This document shows, piece by piece, positions 43,899-53,658 of a stretch of DNA of 64,000 nt. Position 1 is the stretch's first letter, and the number at the start of each line of letters is the position of its first letter. The stretch lies in the IMG/VR virus record IMGVR_UViG_3300028895_001083, one strand, 5' to 3'. The stretch comes from a virus (lineage: Duplodnaviria > Heunggongvirae > Uroviricota > Caudoviricetes). The position numbers were made by a program, and so were the translations under genes. The notes under the pieces were generated by a model, which did not search any database, had not been told where the DNA came from, and saw only the letters and a list, made by a program, of their open reading frames with translations.

Positions 43899-45440
43899 AT
43901 GTCAAAAGTGGCAATGATCCGCAAAAGCGGACCGTTCATTGCGGTCTCGCAGGACGGCGTAGCTTCGCTCACGCCGAACGAATACCGGATCCTTGAAAAC
44001 CAGCTCTGGTACACCAAGCTCACGTTTCACTACGGTGCAGCTGCCTATGACCCCCATACGGGGGATCGGCAGAGCATGTCCGGCGAGCGCCGAAAGCTCT
44101 ATCAGTACGACAATAACGGACATTTCATCTGCCAGCGCGGCTTCTACCCCCGGGTTAGGGGGTTACTTGAGGAAGCCGGGTATACCATCACCTTCGTCGA
44201 CACGGATCCGCCTGTGGATCCTGTCATCTACACGCCCGACTGGGATCGGATCTTCGAACGCTTCCAACTCCGTGCGAAGCAGGACGAGTGTCTCGCCCAG
44301 ATCGACATGCACGACGGTGGCTATATCGATGCGCCTCCAGCGTTCGGTAAGACGCACGTAATGGCCATGGTGAGTTCCATGTACCCGAGGGCCAAGATTG
44401 ACATCGTGGCCAAGAGAAAGGACGTGGTGGGCCGTATACGCGATCTCCTGACGCGTTGGGTCCCTAGCGTCGGTATGGTCGGCGGAGGCAAGAAGCAGAA
44501 GGGGCGAGTCACGGTCTACACCGCTGACAGCTTGCACCACTCTGACTTCGACGCGCATATCATGCTGGCCGACGAAGGGCACGAGTTGATGACAGATCGT
44601 CTAGCCAAGCTGCTGGGCAACTATCACTACTCTCGCAACTTCGCATTCTCTGCTACCCCGGACACGCGCCTCGACAATGCCCACTTCCGCATGGAGGGCA
44701 TCTTTGGGCCGTGCGTCTTCAAGATGTCTCAGCAAGAGGCAGAGCAGGCGGGACTCGTGTCGCCTGTCTTCGTACAGTGGATCGATGTTCGGCTGTCGCA
44801 CAACCCGATCGCCAACATCAAGACTCTCGTGGCGCAGAAGCGCAACGGGATCTGGAGGAATCAATACCGCAACCAGGTCATCGCTGAAACCGCTCGGGCG
44901 TTCCGAGAGGGCGACGATCAGGTGCTCATCCTCGTCGACACAGTGGACCATGCATTGCATCTGCGAAAGCTGTTGCCGGAGGCGGCGCTGTGTTACTCTG
45001 AAGGTGCTCTCACCGACGGATCGAAGCGGGCCATGTTCATACGGAACGGTTTGCTCGACGAGGACGAACAGATGACTACGGCGCTGCGCAACAGTCTGCG
45101 GCACCAGTTCGAGAACCGTGAAATCAAGCTGGTCATCGCTACAGGTGTCTGGTCCGTCGGCGTGTCTTTCGATTCGCTGAACGTCTTGATCCGCGCCGAT
45201 GCCGGCGCCAGCGAAACTACCAACATCCAACTGCCCGGCCGCGTGTGTCGAATCGACCCATCGAGCGGCAAGCAGTGTGGCATTCTCATCGACTTCAATG
45301 ACGTATGGGATACGAAGTTCAAAGGCCGAGCCGCAGACCGTCGACGCGATTATCACAAACGCGGATGGACGCAGCTGCTGGCTGACGGCAAATTGTGGAC
45401 CCCAGGCATGAGAGTGAACCGTGTCGGAACACAGAAATAG
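43899..45440 (+). CDS. Superfamily-2 DNA/RNA helicase (DEGH-box)
   Basis: Motif I PPAFGKTH, II LADEGHE, III SAT, VI QLPGRVCR. AAAGGA SD. Confidence 0.75.
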   Translation: MSKVAMIRKSGPFIAVSQDGVASLTPNEYRILENQLWYTKLTFHYGAAAYDPHTGDRQSMSGERRKLYQYDNNGHFICQRGFYPRVRGLLEEAGYTITFVDTDPPVDPVIYTPDWDRIFERFQLRAKQDECLAQIDMHDGGYIDAPPAFGKTHVMAMVSSMYPRAKIDIVAKRKDVVGRIRDLLTRWVPSVGMVGGGKKQKGRVTVYTADSLHHSDFDAHIMLADEGHELMTDRLAKLLGNYHYSRNFAFSATPDTRLDNAHFRMEGIFGPCVFKMSQQEAEQAGLVSPVFVQWIDVRLSHNPIANIKTLVAQKRNGIWRNQYRNQVIAETARAFREGDDQVLILVDTVDHALHLRKLLPEAALCYSEGALTDGSKRAMFIRNGLLDEDEQMTTALRNSLRHQFENREIKLVIATGVWSVGVSFDSLNVLIRADAGASETTNIQLPGRVCRIDPSSGKQCGILIDFNDVWDTKFKGRAADRRRDYHKRGWTQLLADGKLWTPGMRVNRVGTQK

Positions 45441-45450
45441 CTCGTTGCGT

Positions 45451-46134
45451 ATGCAGCGGCCGCCGCCGGAAGAATACGAGGCGCTGCCGGAACGCAACAT
45501 GTTCTCCACCAACCCCGCTGGTCACATGGCCAGGCGGCTCTACCAAGCGTACAAACGCGAGACATACTGGCGTGCTATGCGCGTGGAGAATGTCAAGCTA
45601 CCGAACTTCAACACGCGCGAGCTGGGTGACTGCTGGCCGCGGCTGGCACGCCTCATCATGCAGTCGGGCTGGTCGAATGCCGAGCGGTTCATCCACGTGC
45701 AGTTCAAGTACGGGCCGAGCAGCGAGAAGCTGCAGACGCTCGAGCACGGACCGCTGGTGAACATGCTCACGTCCGAAAAGGCGATGAAGCAGTACACGCA
45801 GTACATCGTCCGTGCCGACAGCATGCTGGTACAGCAGTTGGAGTCTGCCAAACTCGAGTTCAAGTGTGCTAGCGCTGAATGCGCGGGACAGTACCCGCAC
45901 CTGCCCACCAGGGAGCGCTGGGAACTTATTCTCATGAATAAAATGTTGGATCTCCCGCCGCTGTTCCGGTACTGCGTGGCCTCTTCCGAGGGGCTCGCCT
46001 GTGCCAAGGACTTGTGGGAAGAAGGCTTTCAGCAGTTCATGTCCGATCCGATCGGGTATACGCGTACGTGGGAAGCGACCATTCCTGCCGAAATGAAAGC
46101 CGAAGCCGAAGAACTACTGCAGCTCAAACTCTAG
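45451..46134 (+). CDS. Hypothetical protein (contains intragenic palindrome site 5)
   Basis: First ATG after the helicase stop. Confidence 0.45.
   Translation: MQRPPPEEYEALPERNMFSTNPAGHMARRLYQAYKRETYWRAMRVENVKLPNFNTRELGDCWPRLARLIMQSGWSNAERFIHVQFKYGPSSEKLQTLEHGPLVNMLTSEKAMKQYTQYIVRADSMLVQQLESAKLEFKCASAECAGQYPHLPTRERWELILMNKMLDLPPLFRYCVASSEGLACAKDLWEEGFQQFMSDPIGYTRTWEATIPAEMKAEAEELLQLKL
45926..45941 (+). promoter_or_regulatory. Palindrome-family site 5 (TTATTCtcatGAATAA), intragenic
   Basis: Perfect copy inside ORF 45451-46134. It embeds in-frame ATG AAT AAA ATG and lies about 200 nt upstream of the DnaB-like helicase gene. Confidence 0.45.
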
Positions 46135-46145
46135 AAAGGGGCATC

Positions 46146-47801
46146 ATGGAGAACCCTATGGTCAAAGTGGAAGCGCCGGTAGCTCCTGTCAACGAGCCCG
46201 GGCAACTCCAGGAAACCAAGAAGGACGATATCGATCCCAATCCGATCGACGACTTCTCGATCGAGTTCCTGTTGCTGCACGCTTCTCGTGACCGCGAAGT
46301 CTACTATGCTGTGCGTCAGCACCTGGAGCCTGAGCATCTCGGCTTCCCGCAAGAGCTGCCGTATCGGGTGTACCTGAAGGCGTTGTACGAGTATTTCGAC
46401 AAGTACAACCGCCTACCCAATCGGCAGAGCATCTGGATCCGAGTGATCGACGAGCTTAACGCCATGCCAAACCTGCACGCCGATGTGTTCAAGGTGGCAG
46501 AGGGCGTGATGGACTGGATCTTCGACGAGAACGTCAACCCAATCTCGTCGTTCGAGCCCGACGCCGCGCTGGACATCCTGCGGAAGGTCCTGGTTGACCG
46601 CGGCCCCGGCCGCAGGTTGAAGGACGCCGTCGCCAGAGCGGGCTACAGCCACATCAACGATCTCCCAAAGCTGGTGCTCGCAGCACAGAAGCAGATCGAG
46701 GTGATCGAAACTATCGGACGTGTCAACGAAGAGGAGACAATACCGATGGAATGGGACCAAGTAGCGCGGCCACGCTGGCCGACTGGCGTGTCGTTTATCG
46801 ATCGCGCGATGGAAGGCGGTTCCGAGCCGGGTGACGTCAACGTCATCATCGGAGCCACGGGCGGCGGCAAGACTACACTGTCCATGCAGATGGCGGTGTC
46901 GATCGCACGCATCCAGAACCAGATCGAGATGACCGGAGACGGTGAGCCCGGCCTGGTGGTCTTCATCAGCTACGAGGATAACCGTCGAATGCTACAGATC
47001 CGTGCTGCATCCTGTGCGGCGCAGGTCCCGAAGAACCAGCTGCGCTTCATGCAAGAGCCGCTGAGCACTACGGGCAATCTGAAGAGCTACGAGCAGACCA
47101 TGTATCGTGCAGCGCCCGCCACTGGTGAGCTGCTGGGCGAACGTGAGCGCCTGCAAGCTGCCCGTGGGTGGCTCAACAGGTACATGAAGTTCGTCGACTT
47201 CCACGACGGTAAGGAAGGCGGCGGAGGCGGCGTTATGGAGGCACGGCAACGGTTACTCGCCATCCAGGGCAAGTCCGACATACCCATCCGCACCGTGGTG
47301 CTGGACTGGGCGGGCCTGATGGTGCGGAAGCACCTGCTGGAGACGAACCGTCAGGTCGACGGCAGCAACATGGCTGTGATGCTGGGCGGCTTGGTCGCTG
47401 AGCTGAAAGAGCAAGTCGCTGCCGAGTTCAACTGCACTGTATGGCTGCCGCACCAGCTTCGCGGACAGGCGACAGGCAGGTCTCCATCGGTTGCCCCAAA
47501 CCACAATGAGGCCGAGTGGTGTGCCTCCTTCGCCAATATGGCGTGGTATGCGTTCTGCATAGGGACCAAGGACAAGCAGCATAATGTCTGCCAGCTGGTC
47601 GCTACGAAGACGCGCCACGGTGAAGGTATGCCTCCGGCGATCGTACGCGTAGACGGCGGGTTTTGCAAGCTGACCGACGTGTCGGACCAGTTTGAGCCGG
47701 ACCATGTCCGACGACAGATCGTGCCGCGTGACGATGTTGCGAACTACCACGACAACATCCAAAACGAATCTGACGACTACTGGGACGAGGTCACATCATG
47801 A
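46146..47801 (+). CDS. DnaB-like replicative helicase
   Basis: C-terminal RecA-fold with Walker A GATGGGKTT and SYED-type Walker B region. N-terminal helical domain. AAAGGGG SD. Confidence 0.8.
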   Translation: MENPMVKVEAPVAPVNEPGQLQETKKDDIDPNPIDDFSIEFLLLHASRDREVYYAVRQHLEPEHLGFPQELPYRVYLKALYEYFDKYNRLPNRQSIWIRVIDELNAMPNLHADVFKVAEGVMDWIFDENVNPISSFEPDAALDILRKVLVDRGPGRRLKDAVARAGYSHINDLPKLVLAAQKQIEVIETIGRVNEEETIPMEWDQVARPRWPTGVSFIDRAMEGGSEPGDVNVIIGATGGGKTTLSMQMAVSIARIQNQIEMTGDGEPGLVVFISYEDNRRMLQIRAASCAAQVPKNQLRFMQEPLSTTGNLKSYEQTMYRAAPATGELLGERERLQAARGWLNRYMKFVDFHDGKEGGGGGVMEARQRLLAIQGKSDIPIRTVVLDWAGLMVRKHLLETNRQVDGSNMAVMLGGLVAELKEQVAAEFNCTVWLPHQLRGQATGRSPSVAPNHNEAEWCASFANMAWYAFCIGTKDKQHNVCQLVATKTRHGEGMPPAIVRVDGGFCKLTDVSDQFEPDHVRRQIVPRDDVANYHDNIQNESDDYWDEVTS

Positions 47802-48919
47802 AATCGGTTACCGGCGTGACCCTGGGCAACGATGCCGCAGGCGCACACGTCATCAACCCGTTCCTTTACGAGAAGCTCCAGAAACGCTTCGGCGATGTTA
47901 TCATCGCCAAGCAAGGCGAGCCGATCTACGGGAACTACACGTATGACGGCAGCGGCTTCAAGTACGACACCCTCGGCGGAGAGTATTATCGCGTCTGCTG
48001 CCCGTTCTGCGAGCAGAAGCGCGCGGTGGATACCAAACACCGACTGTGGATCAGCCATCGCTGGGGCGTCGGCCTCGACGAGGATGACCCGCAGACCAAA
48101 CTGAAGCCGAACGATCGGTTTTGGTGGGCGTGGGTGTGCTACAACGAGCATTGCGAAGAGAACCCGGCGAACACCAAACAGTTGCAGACCTGGGTCTACG
48201 GCGGTATCGGCCGGGAGCTACACGCGCCCGCCGTCAAGCTGCAGTTCCACACTGTGCCGATGGCGTCGCTCGGACTCGTCGACTGGCCTGGCCGCTGCTT
48301 GCGGGTGGACCAGCTGCGACCGGAGCACCACGCATGGCAGTACCTGGCGACCCGCGGCTTTGACCCCGCGGCAGTTGGCCCACGCTACGGCGTGACGTAC
48401 TGCGAGAGTGGTTCGGCGCGCTTCCCGATGGCGTTCGGACGGTTGGTGATCCCGATCGTGATGAACGGCGATATGGTTGGCTGGCAAGCCCGCCCGCCAT
48501 ATGAAGCAGACTGGAAGACCACCGCCAAGTACTACAACTGTCCCGGCATCAACCGGCGACTCATGTTGTACGGCTTCGACATAGCCAGGGCGTATCCGTA
48601 CTGCGTCATAACCGAGGGCGTCACCGACGTGTGGGCTGTCGGCCAGGGGGCGATCTCGCTCCTCGGCAAGCACATATCCCCGCAGCAGGCAGAGCTGATC
48701 GCGCAGAACTGGAAAGCAGCCGTGATCGCTCTCGACCCTGACGCAATGGACCGAGTCGAGCGTATCCAGCAGCAGCTGGGCAGTATGCCGACGGTGGTCG
48801 TGAAACTCCCAGACGGTTGCGATCCAGCTGACATGGATCAGGATCGCTTCTGGGATCTTGTATGGCAAAGTTCCGTAAACCAGAATGTTGATCTGTTAGG
48901 ACTACAGAATGATTCCTGA
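47798..48919 (+). CDS. DnaG-like DNA primase
   Basis: Zn-binding CCPFC...CYNEHC. TOPRIM acidic motifs VITEGVTD and ALDPD. ATGA coupling to the helicase. Confidence 0.8.
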   Translation: MKSVTGVTLGNDAAGAHVINPFLYEKLQKRFGDVIIAKQGEPIYGNYTYDGSGFKYDTLGGEYYRVCCPFCEQKRAVDTKHRLWISHRWGVGLDEDDPQTKLKPNDRFWWAWVCYNEHCEENPANTKQLQTWVYGGIGRELHAPAVKLQFHTVPMASLGLVDWPGRCLRVDQLRPEHHAWQYLATRGFDPAAVGPRYGVTYCESGSARFPMAFGRLVIPIVMNGDMVGWQARPPYEADWKTTAKYYNCPGINRRLMLYGFDIARAYPYCVITEGVTDVWAVGQGAISLLGKHISPQQAELIAQNWKAAVIALDPDAMDRVERIQQQLGSMPTVVVKLPDGCDPADMDQDRFWDLVWQSSVNQNVDLLGLQNDS

Positions 48920-51900
48920 ACTAGGTCTCGACGACCTTCAAGCGATTTTCCGCAACGACGAGGACAACGAGTACAGTCGGCGCTTTCCGATGTACCCCCT
49001 CGTGTCTCCCGGCATGCCGCCGCCTGGCCCGGACTTCATCGCCCACGCGAAAGCGCTCGGCGATGCTAACCCCTACGTCGTAGAGGGTACGGGCAAGAAC
49101 AAGCGCGGCATCGAAGCCGGATTCAAGCTGCAGTGCCTGTATCTGAAGGCGCTGTACTCGAACGAACTCCACATGCCCATCAAGGTGAAAGGGCGTACCG
49201 AGACGGTGCGCATCCTGCCCGGGCATCTCTGGGGCGATCATGCCGAAGGTCCCAAGTACCTCGAGAACGAGGAGCTGCGGGGACGACCGCGTGTGATGGT
49301 TGTTGGAAAGCACCCTGGCCTCGAAGAGATAGGCGAGGGACGCAACTTCGTCGGCCCGTCTGGCCGGCAACTGAAGGACACGTTGACCGCGCTCGGTCTG
49401 AGTGATGCCGAGCTCAATGATTGGTACGTGTGTAACCTGGTGCGTTGGATGAACGTCAATCCGCAGAGCGGCGCGTTGCCGCAGGCGTGGATCAAGGACT
49501 GTCTTCCGCTGCTGCACCAGGAGATCCGGCTGTACCGGCCTGACTATATCCTGTGCCTCGGGGCCGAAGCGACCAAAGCGGTCATCCCGGGCAACACAGT
49601 GAATACCATGGTGGGCCGTTACGTCGAGCGCACTGAGATGCTGCAAGAGTATGGCGAGCCTGATGACCTGCATACCTCCAAGGTGATGGCCATCACGCAT
49701 CCGGCGGCTGTGCTGCGTACCACGGAGTTGTACCCGGCGTTCGAAGCCACCCTGCGGAACTTCATCCAGTTGATCCGTGGCGAGGAGTTTACGAGCGCAG
49801 AGAACGACAACATCACGATCCAATACATGTACAAGGAAAGGGAGTTGAAGGAGTACGTTGACTACGTCCTTTCTCGCCCTGGGTTGAAAAAGATAGCAGT
49901 TGACGGTGAGTGGCACGGCCAGCATCCCGGCGAGCCGGGGTCGTACCTCCGTACGATACAGGTAAGCCACACCGGCAAGTATGCCGCCGTCATCGTCCTG
50001 CGAGGGCAGGGCGGTGGTACTGCGTTTCGACCAGGCATTTCGCGCGCGATCGATCACCTTAACCGGCTGCTCGATCGTGACGACGTCCAGATTGGCGGCA
50101 GCTTCTTCGCTGCTGACCTTCCGTGGCTTGAACACAACGGCCTGAACATCGCCCACCGCTTCAAGGTACCGCCCACGGTCGACGAGATCCGCGGCGGTAA
50201 CTACGCAGGCGGCTTCGACATCGGCTTGGCCCACCACGCCTACAACGAGACCGGTGACTTCAAGCTGGAAGTCATGGCCTCTCGGTTGTGCGGTGCGCCT
50301 CGCTGGGACGTTGCGCTGGGCGAGTGGAAGAAGGCGTACCTCAAGGAGCGGAAGATGAAGGACGAGGAGCTCGAAGGGTACGGAGAGTGCCCCGACGAGG
50401 TCCTACTGCCCTACGGCGGCAAAGATGCTGCCTACACACGTCAGCTGATGGACAGGCATTGCAACCTGCTGAACGGCGATCGCTACGGCAACGACTGCTG
50501 GATCCCGTTCCATCTGTCCATGATGGCATTCCCGGCCTTCAACGAGATGGGCACGATCGGCGTCAAGATCGACCCCGAACGCATTGATGAGCTCACCGAC
50601 CAATTCATCGAAGTGAGCGCCCAGAAGCTGAAGAAGCTTCAGGAGGACATCAACTGGCCGGCGTTCAACCCTCGAAGTTCACAGCAGTGTGTGGAATTCC
50701 TGTTCGGCGAGCGCTACTCTACGCGCCGTGACAAGGACACAGGAGAGCGGCTCAGCGTGCGTCCAGCGGGCGCCATGACGCTCAACCTGGAGCCCATCAA
50801 GTCCACTGGCAAAGGTAAGCCGTGGGGCTGGGTGATGTCCAGAGGCGAACAGGAGAAGTACACGCCGAGTACAGATAAAGAGACATGTGGCATTTTGGGT
50901 TTACAACACCCAATGGCGTTACAGCTACGCGACGTGAGGCTGATCGACCAAGTGTTGAAGTCCGTATTCCGTCCGCCTAAGTACAAGGCAAAATCGACGG
51001 AGATCGAACTCGACAGCAATGGCCGACGGATCTACGGCGGTGGCATCGCTAAGTACATATGCCATGACCAGCGTGTGAGAAGTTCGTTCCAACAAGTGAA
51101 GGAAACTGGACGTGCGTCAAGTGCGAGGCCGCCATTACAGAATATCAGTAAGCGTCGCGAAGACGATTACTCGAGAATCCTGGGTGACCAATACCGCTGG
51201 CCAATCCGGTCATTTATCGTCAGCAACACCGACCCCGGCTATGCCGAACCTACCGTCCTTGTAGAGTCAGACTATAAGGGCGCGGAACTTATGGGGATGG
51301 CGGTGATGGCTCGCGATGCGCAAATGTTGGATCACTGCTTACGCGCAAACCTGCCCGATGGCGATCCGCAGCAATATGATATCCACTCAAATATCGCTGT
51401 GACTTCCTTTCAACTTGACTGCGAGGCTAGCAAAGCTGGACTCGCATCGATCAAGCAGAAGGGCAAGCGCGTTGCTGCGAAAAACATCATCTTCGGCGTA
51501 GGCTATGGACGCACCGCGGAGGCGTGCGCCAGGCAGTGCCAGGAAGAAAATGCTCCTATCACCGTTGCGGAAGCGCAAAGCATTATCGACACGATCTTCG
51601 AGCTCTATCCGGGTATTCCAGCGTTGCAAGAGGCACTCCGTGCCCGCGTCGCTAACCCGGGATGGCTTAGAAATTGTTTCGGTAGGTATCGTCGATTCAT
51701 CAGCACGTCTGATCGAGCGGCGATGGGCGAATTGGAGCGCCAGGCACTGAATTTTCCGTTTCAGAGTATGGTAGCCGATGCCGTTTCGACGGCGCTATAT
51801 TGGCTACACAACCATCCTCGTAAAGAGGAACTTGGGTACAAGATTGTCCTCCAGATCCACGATGCGATCGTGCTGGAGGTCCCATGTCGCAGCTTGGACG

Positions 51901-52094
51901 TGGTACACAACGAGATCCTGCCAGAGTGCATGGTCGACAAAGTGTCCTTCCAGGCATGTGACTTAGACGGAGCTCCGTATGCGGACAGTCCGATCTACCG
52001 ATTTGGGTTGGATCAGGACGTGTTCACGCGATGGGGCTTGAAGTTGACAGAAGAGGAGTGTGAGCGGTTGGGAATTAGTCCCGATTATATCTAG
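48909..52094 (+). CDS. Family A DNA polymerase with N-terminal UDG-like (family 4-type) domain
   Basis: Pol motif A DYKGAELM, B KRVAAKNIIFGVGYG, C QIHDAIVLEV. N-terminal GKHPGLEEIGEGRNFVGPSGRQL and ITHPA resemble the UDG family-4 motifs GE(A/G)PG...FVG.AG and HPS. Confidence 0.9.
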   Translation: MIPELGLDDLQAIFRNDEDNEYSRRFPMYPLVSPGMPPPGPDFIAHAKALGDANPYVVEGTGKNKRGIEAGFKLQCLYLKALYSNELHMPIKVKGRTETVRILPGHLWGDHAEGPKYLENEELRGRPRVMVVGKHPGLEEIGEGRNFVGPSGRQLKDTLTALGLSDAELNDWYVCNLVRWMNVNPQSGALPQAWIKDCLPLLHQEIRLYRPDYILCLGAEATKAVIPGNTVNTMVGRYVERTEMLQEYGEPDDLHTSKVMAITHPAAVLRTTELYPAFEATLRNFIQLIRGEEFTSAENDNITIQYMYKERELKEYVDYVLSRPGLKKIAVDGEWHGQHPGEPGSYLRTIQVSHTGKYAAVIVLRGQGGGTAFRPGISRAIDHLNRLLDRDDVQIGGSFFAADLPWLEHNGLNIAHRFKVPPTVDEIRGGNYAGGFDIGLAHHAYNETGDFKLEVMASRLCGAPRWDVALGEWKKAYLKERKMKDEELEGYGECPDEVLLPYGGKDAAYTRQLMDRHCNLLNGDRYGNDCWIPFHLSMMAFPAFNEMGTIGVKIDPERIDELTDQFIEVSAQKLKKLQEDINWPAFNPRSSQQCVEFLFGERYSTRRDKDTGERLSVRPAGAMTLNLEPIKSTGKGKPWGWVMSRGEQEKYTPSTDKETCGILGLQHPMALQLRDVRLIDQVLKSVFRPPKYKAKSTEIELDSNGRRIYGGGIAKYICHDQRVRSSFQQVKETGRASSARPPLQNISKRREDDYSRILGDQYRWPIRSFIVSNTDPGYAEPTVLVESDYKGAELMGMAVMARDAQMLDHCLRANLPDGDPQQYDIHSNIAVTSFQLDCEASKAGLASIKQKGKRVAAKNIIFGVGYGRTAEACARQCQEENAPITVAEAQSIIDTIFELYPGIPALQEALRARVANPGWLRNCFGRYRRFISTSDRAAMGELERQALNFPFQSMVADAVSTALYWLHNHPRKEELGYKIVLQIHDAIVLEVPCRSLDVVHNEILPECMVDKVSFQACDLDGAPYADSPIYRFGLDQDVFTRWGLKLTEEECERLGISPDYI

Positions 52095-52102
52095 CGGGGT
52101 GC

Positions 52103-52131
52103 TTGAAATGGCACCGCCCGTGTGGGATAAT
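52103..52131 (+). promoter_or_regulatory. Sigma70-like promoter (TTGAAA-N17-GATAAT)
   Basis: 5/6 matches in both hexamers with 17-bp spacing, upstream of gene 52219. Confidence 0.45.
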
Positions 52132-52146
52132 CAGGGTATCAACCGT

Positions 52147-52183
52147 TAAACCGATTGACTTGCAACTTCTAAACCGACTGACT
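52147..52183 (+). repeat. Direct repeats TAAACCGAYTGACT x2
   Basis: Two 14-bp copies 23 bp apart, each containing a TTGACT/CTGACT -35-like hexamer, between the promoter and the SD of gene 52219. Confidence 0.4.
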
Positions 52184-52218
52184 GTTTACTTGTAACCCGT
52201 TTTTGTAGGAGGTGACGA

Positions 52219-53586
52219 ATGTCACGCCAAGGTGCGGCCGCTGGCCGCTATCGTATGCGCAACGAGGGTCAAGCCTCGCAACGTGGAATTCAGGGTATGC
52301 ATATCCTGAACGACAACGCCGGTTGTCAAATCTACCGGCCAACCTGGAACGGCACCCGGACTATCTTCCGGCCGTTCCCGGGTAAGGATCCCGAGAACCT
52401 CGCAGCCTGGGACCCGTTCCGGCTGAGTGATGAAGATCGGGACTTCGGTGACTGGATCCGTCGATACGACATGGCATTCAGCATCGGTAACCCCGGGATT
52501 ACCTTCGTTATGAAGGATCCGCGGGACGGCACGCTGGACGACCAGCAGAACCCCGTCTGGATGCTGTATCGCAGCATTCAGCAAGCCGTGAAAGCCGGCA
52601 CCGGGCATCCCAGCTGGAATCCGCTTGTCTTCGGCGGCGCGGGTCGCGCCGCACCTCTGAGTTCTCCGAAGGATGGCTACATCATGCAAGGCATCCTGAT
52701 GGAACACAAATCGCAGCCGCAGAACCCGCCGCGCGGGTGCTTGCCCGACCATCAACCGGTCGTGCTGCTGATGAGCCAGTCCGCAGGCCAAGCCCTGATG
52801 GACAAGCTCGGCGAACGCGATGACCAAGGTAACTGGCGCTGGCCCGACCTTACCAGTCTTGACGCTGGCATGTTCGTCCAGTTCCACCAAGCCGGCACCC
52901 AAGCGCAACCCCAAGGCGGCGCACCCAGACAAATGGGCGCGACAACCGTCGGCGGAGGTGGCGTTGCCGAAAACCGCTACGAGGTGGAGTTCCTCGAACT
53001 CTACAGCGGTATCTCGCCCACGTTCGAAGGGATCCACGGCCTGGCCGAATCCCACGTTCGTCCCTGGGACGAGATCGTACGAATCCCCACCATTGAGGAC
53101 CAGGTCCGCATGTTGTGCGGCGCTGGCATTCCAGCGACGGCCATCGTCTACGCCCTCGGTGATGTGTACCAGGAGTTCATCCCGCAACACATCTTCGATC
53201 AGGCGCGTGCCCAAAACACGCAGACGACGGTTCCGTTCCAGAGCGTTGCCTCTGAGGGTGGTGGGACACCAAATCCAATGCAATCACAGGAAGCCCCGTC
53301 GCCGATGGGTGCTTCCCCCGCAGCTACGCAGCAGGATCCTGCCATGCCGGCGGCTACCACGCCGCCGCCTACGGCCGCTCCTGAGGCAGCTGGGAATCCC
53401 ATGGCTTCCGTGACGCAACCCGAGCAAACGCCTCCTCCAGAGGCTGCTCCTGCGCCACAGCAGACAATGACGAATGCAGAAGCAGCGCCGCAGGCGCAGC
53501 CGACGCACACTACGCCGGAGCGATCGGCGGCTACGCAGGATGCCCTCGCAAGGGCTCGTGCGCGTGCTGCTGACGCCGGCGGATAG
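52219..53586 (+). CDS. Hypothetical protein with P/A/T/Q-rich low-complexity C-terminal tail
   Basis: GTAGGAGGTGA SD. The last ~140 aa are proline/alanine-rich. Confidence 0.6.
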   Translation: MSRQGAAAGRYRMRNEGQASQRGIQGMHILNDNAGCQIYRPTWNGTRTIFRPFPGKDPENLAAWDPFRLSDEDRDFGDWIRRYDMAFSIGNPGITFVMKDPRDGTLDDQQNPVWMLYRSIQQAVKAGTGHPSWNPLVFGGAGRAAPLSSPKDGYIMQGILMEHKSQPQNPPRGCLPDHQPVVLLMSQSAGQALMDKLGERDDQGNWRWPDLTSLDAGMFVQFHQAGTQAQPQGGAPRQMGATTVGGGGVAENRYEVEFLELYSGISPTFEGIHGLAESHVRPWDEIVRIPTIEDQVRMLCGAGIPATAIVYALGDVYQEFIPQHIFDQARAQNTQTTVPFQSVASEGGGTPNPMQSQEAPSPMGASPAATQQDPAMPAATTPPPTAAPEAAGNPMASVTQPEQTPPPEAAPAPQQTMTNAEAAPQAQPTHTTPERSAATQDALARARARAADAGG

Positions 53587-53658
53587 ACGTTACTATTTCT
53601 GCACCTCAGCTCCGCCCGGTCCGTGGCCGGGCGGAGCGTTTCTTAGGACCAATATCCA

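Noticed and set aside
52820-53510. Alternative-frame ORFs within the P/A-rich tail of gene 52219-53586
   Set aside because: Products of GC-rich low-complexity repeats with no independent start signals.
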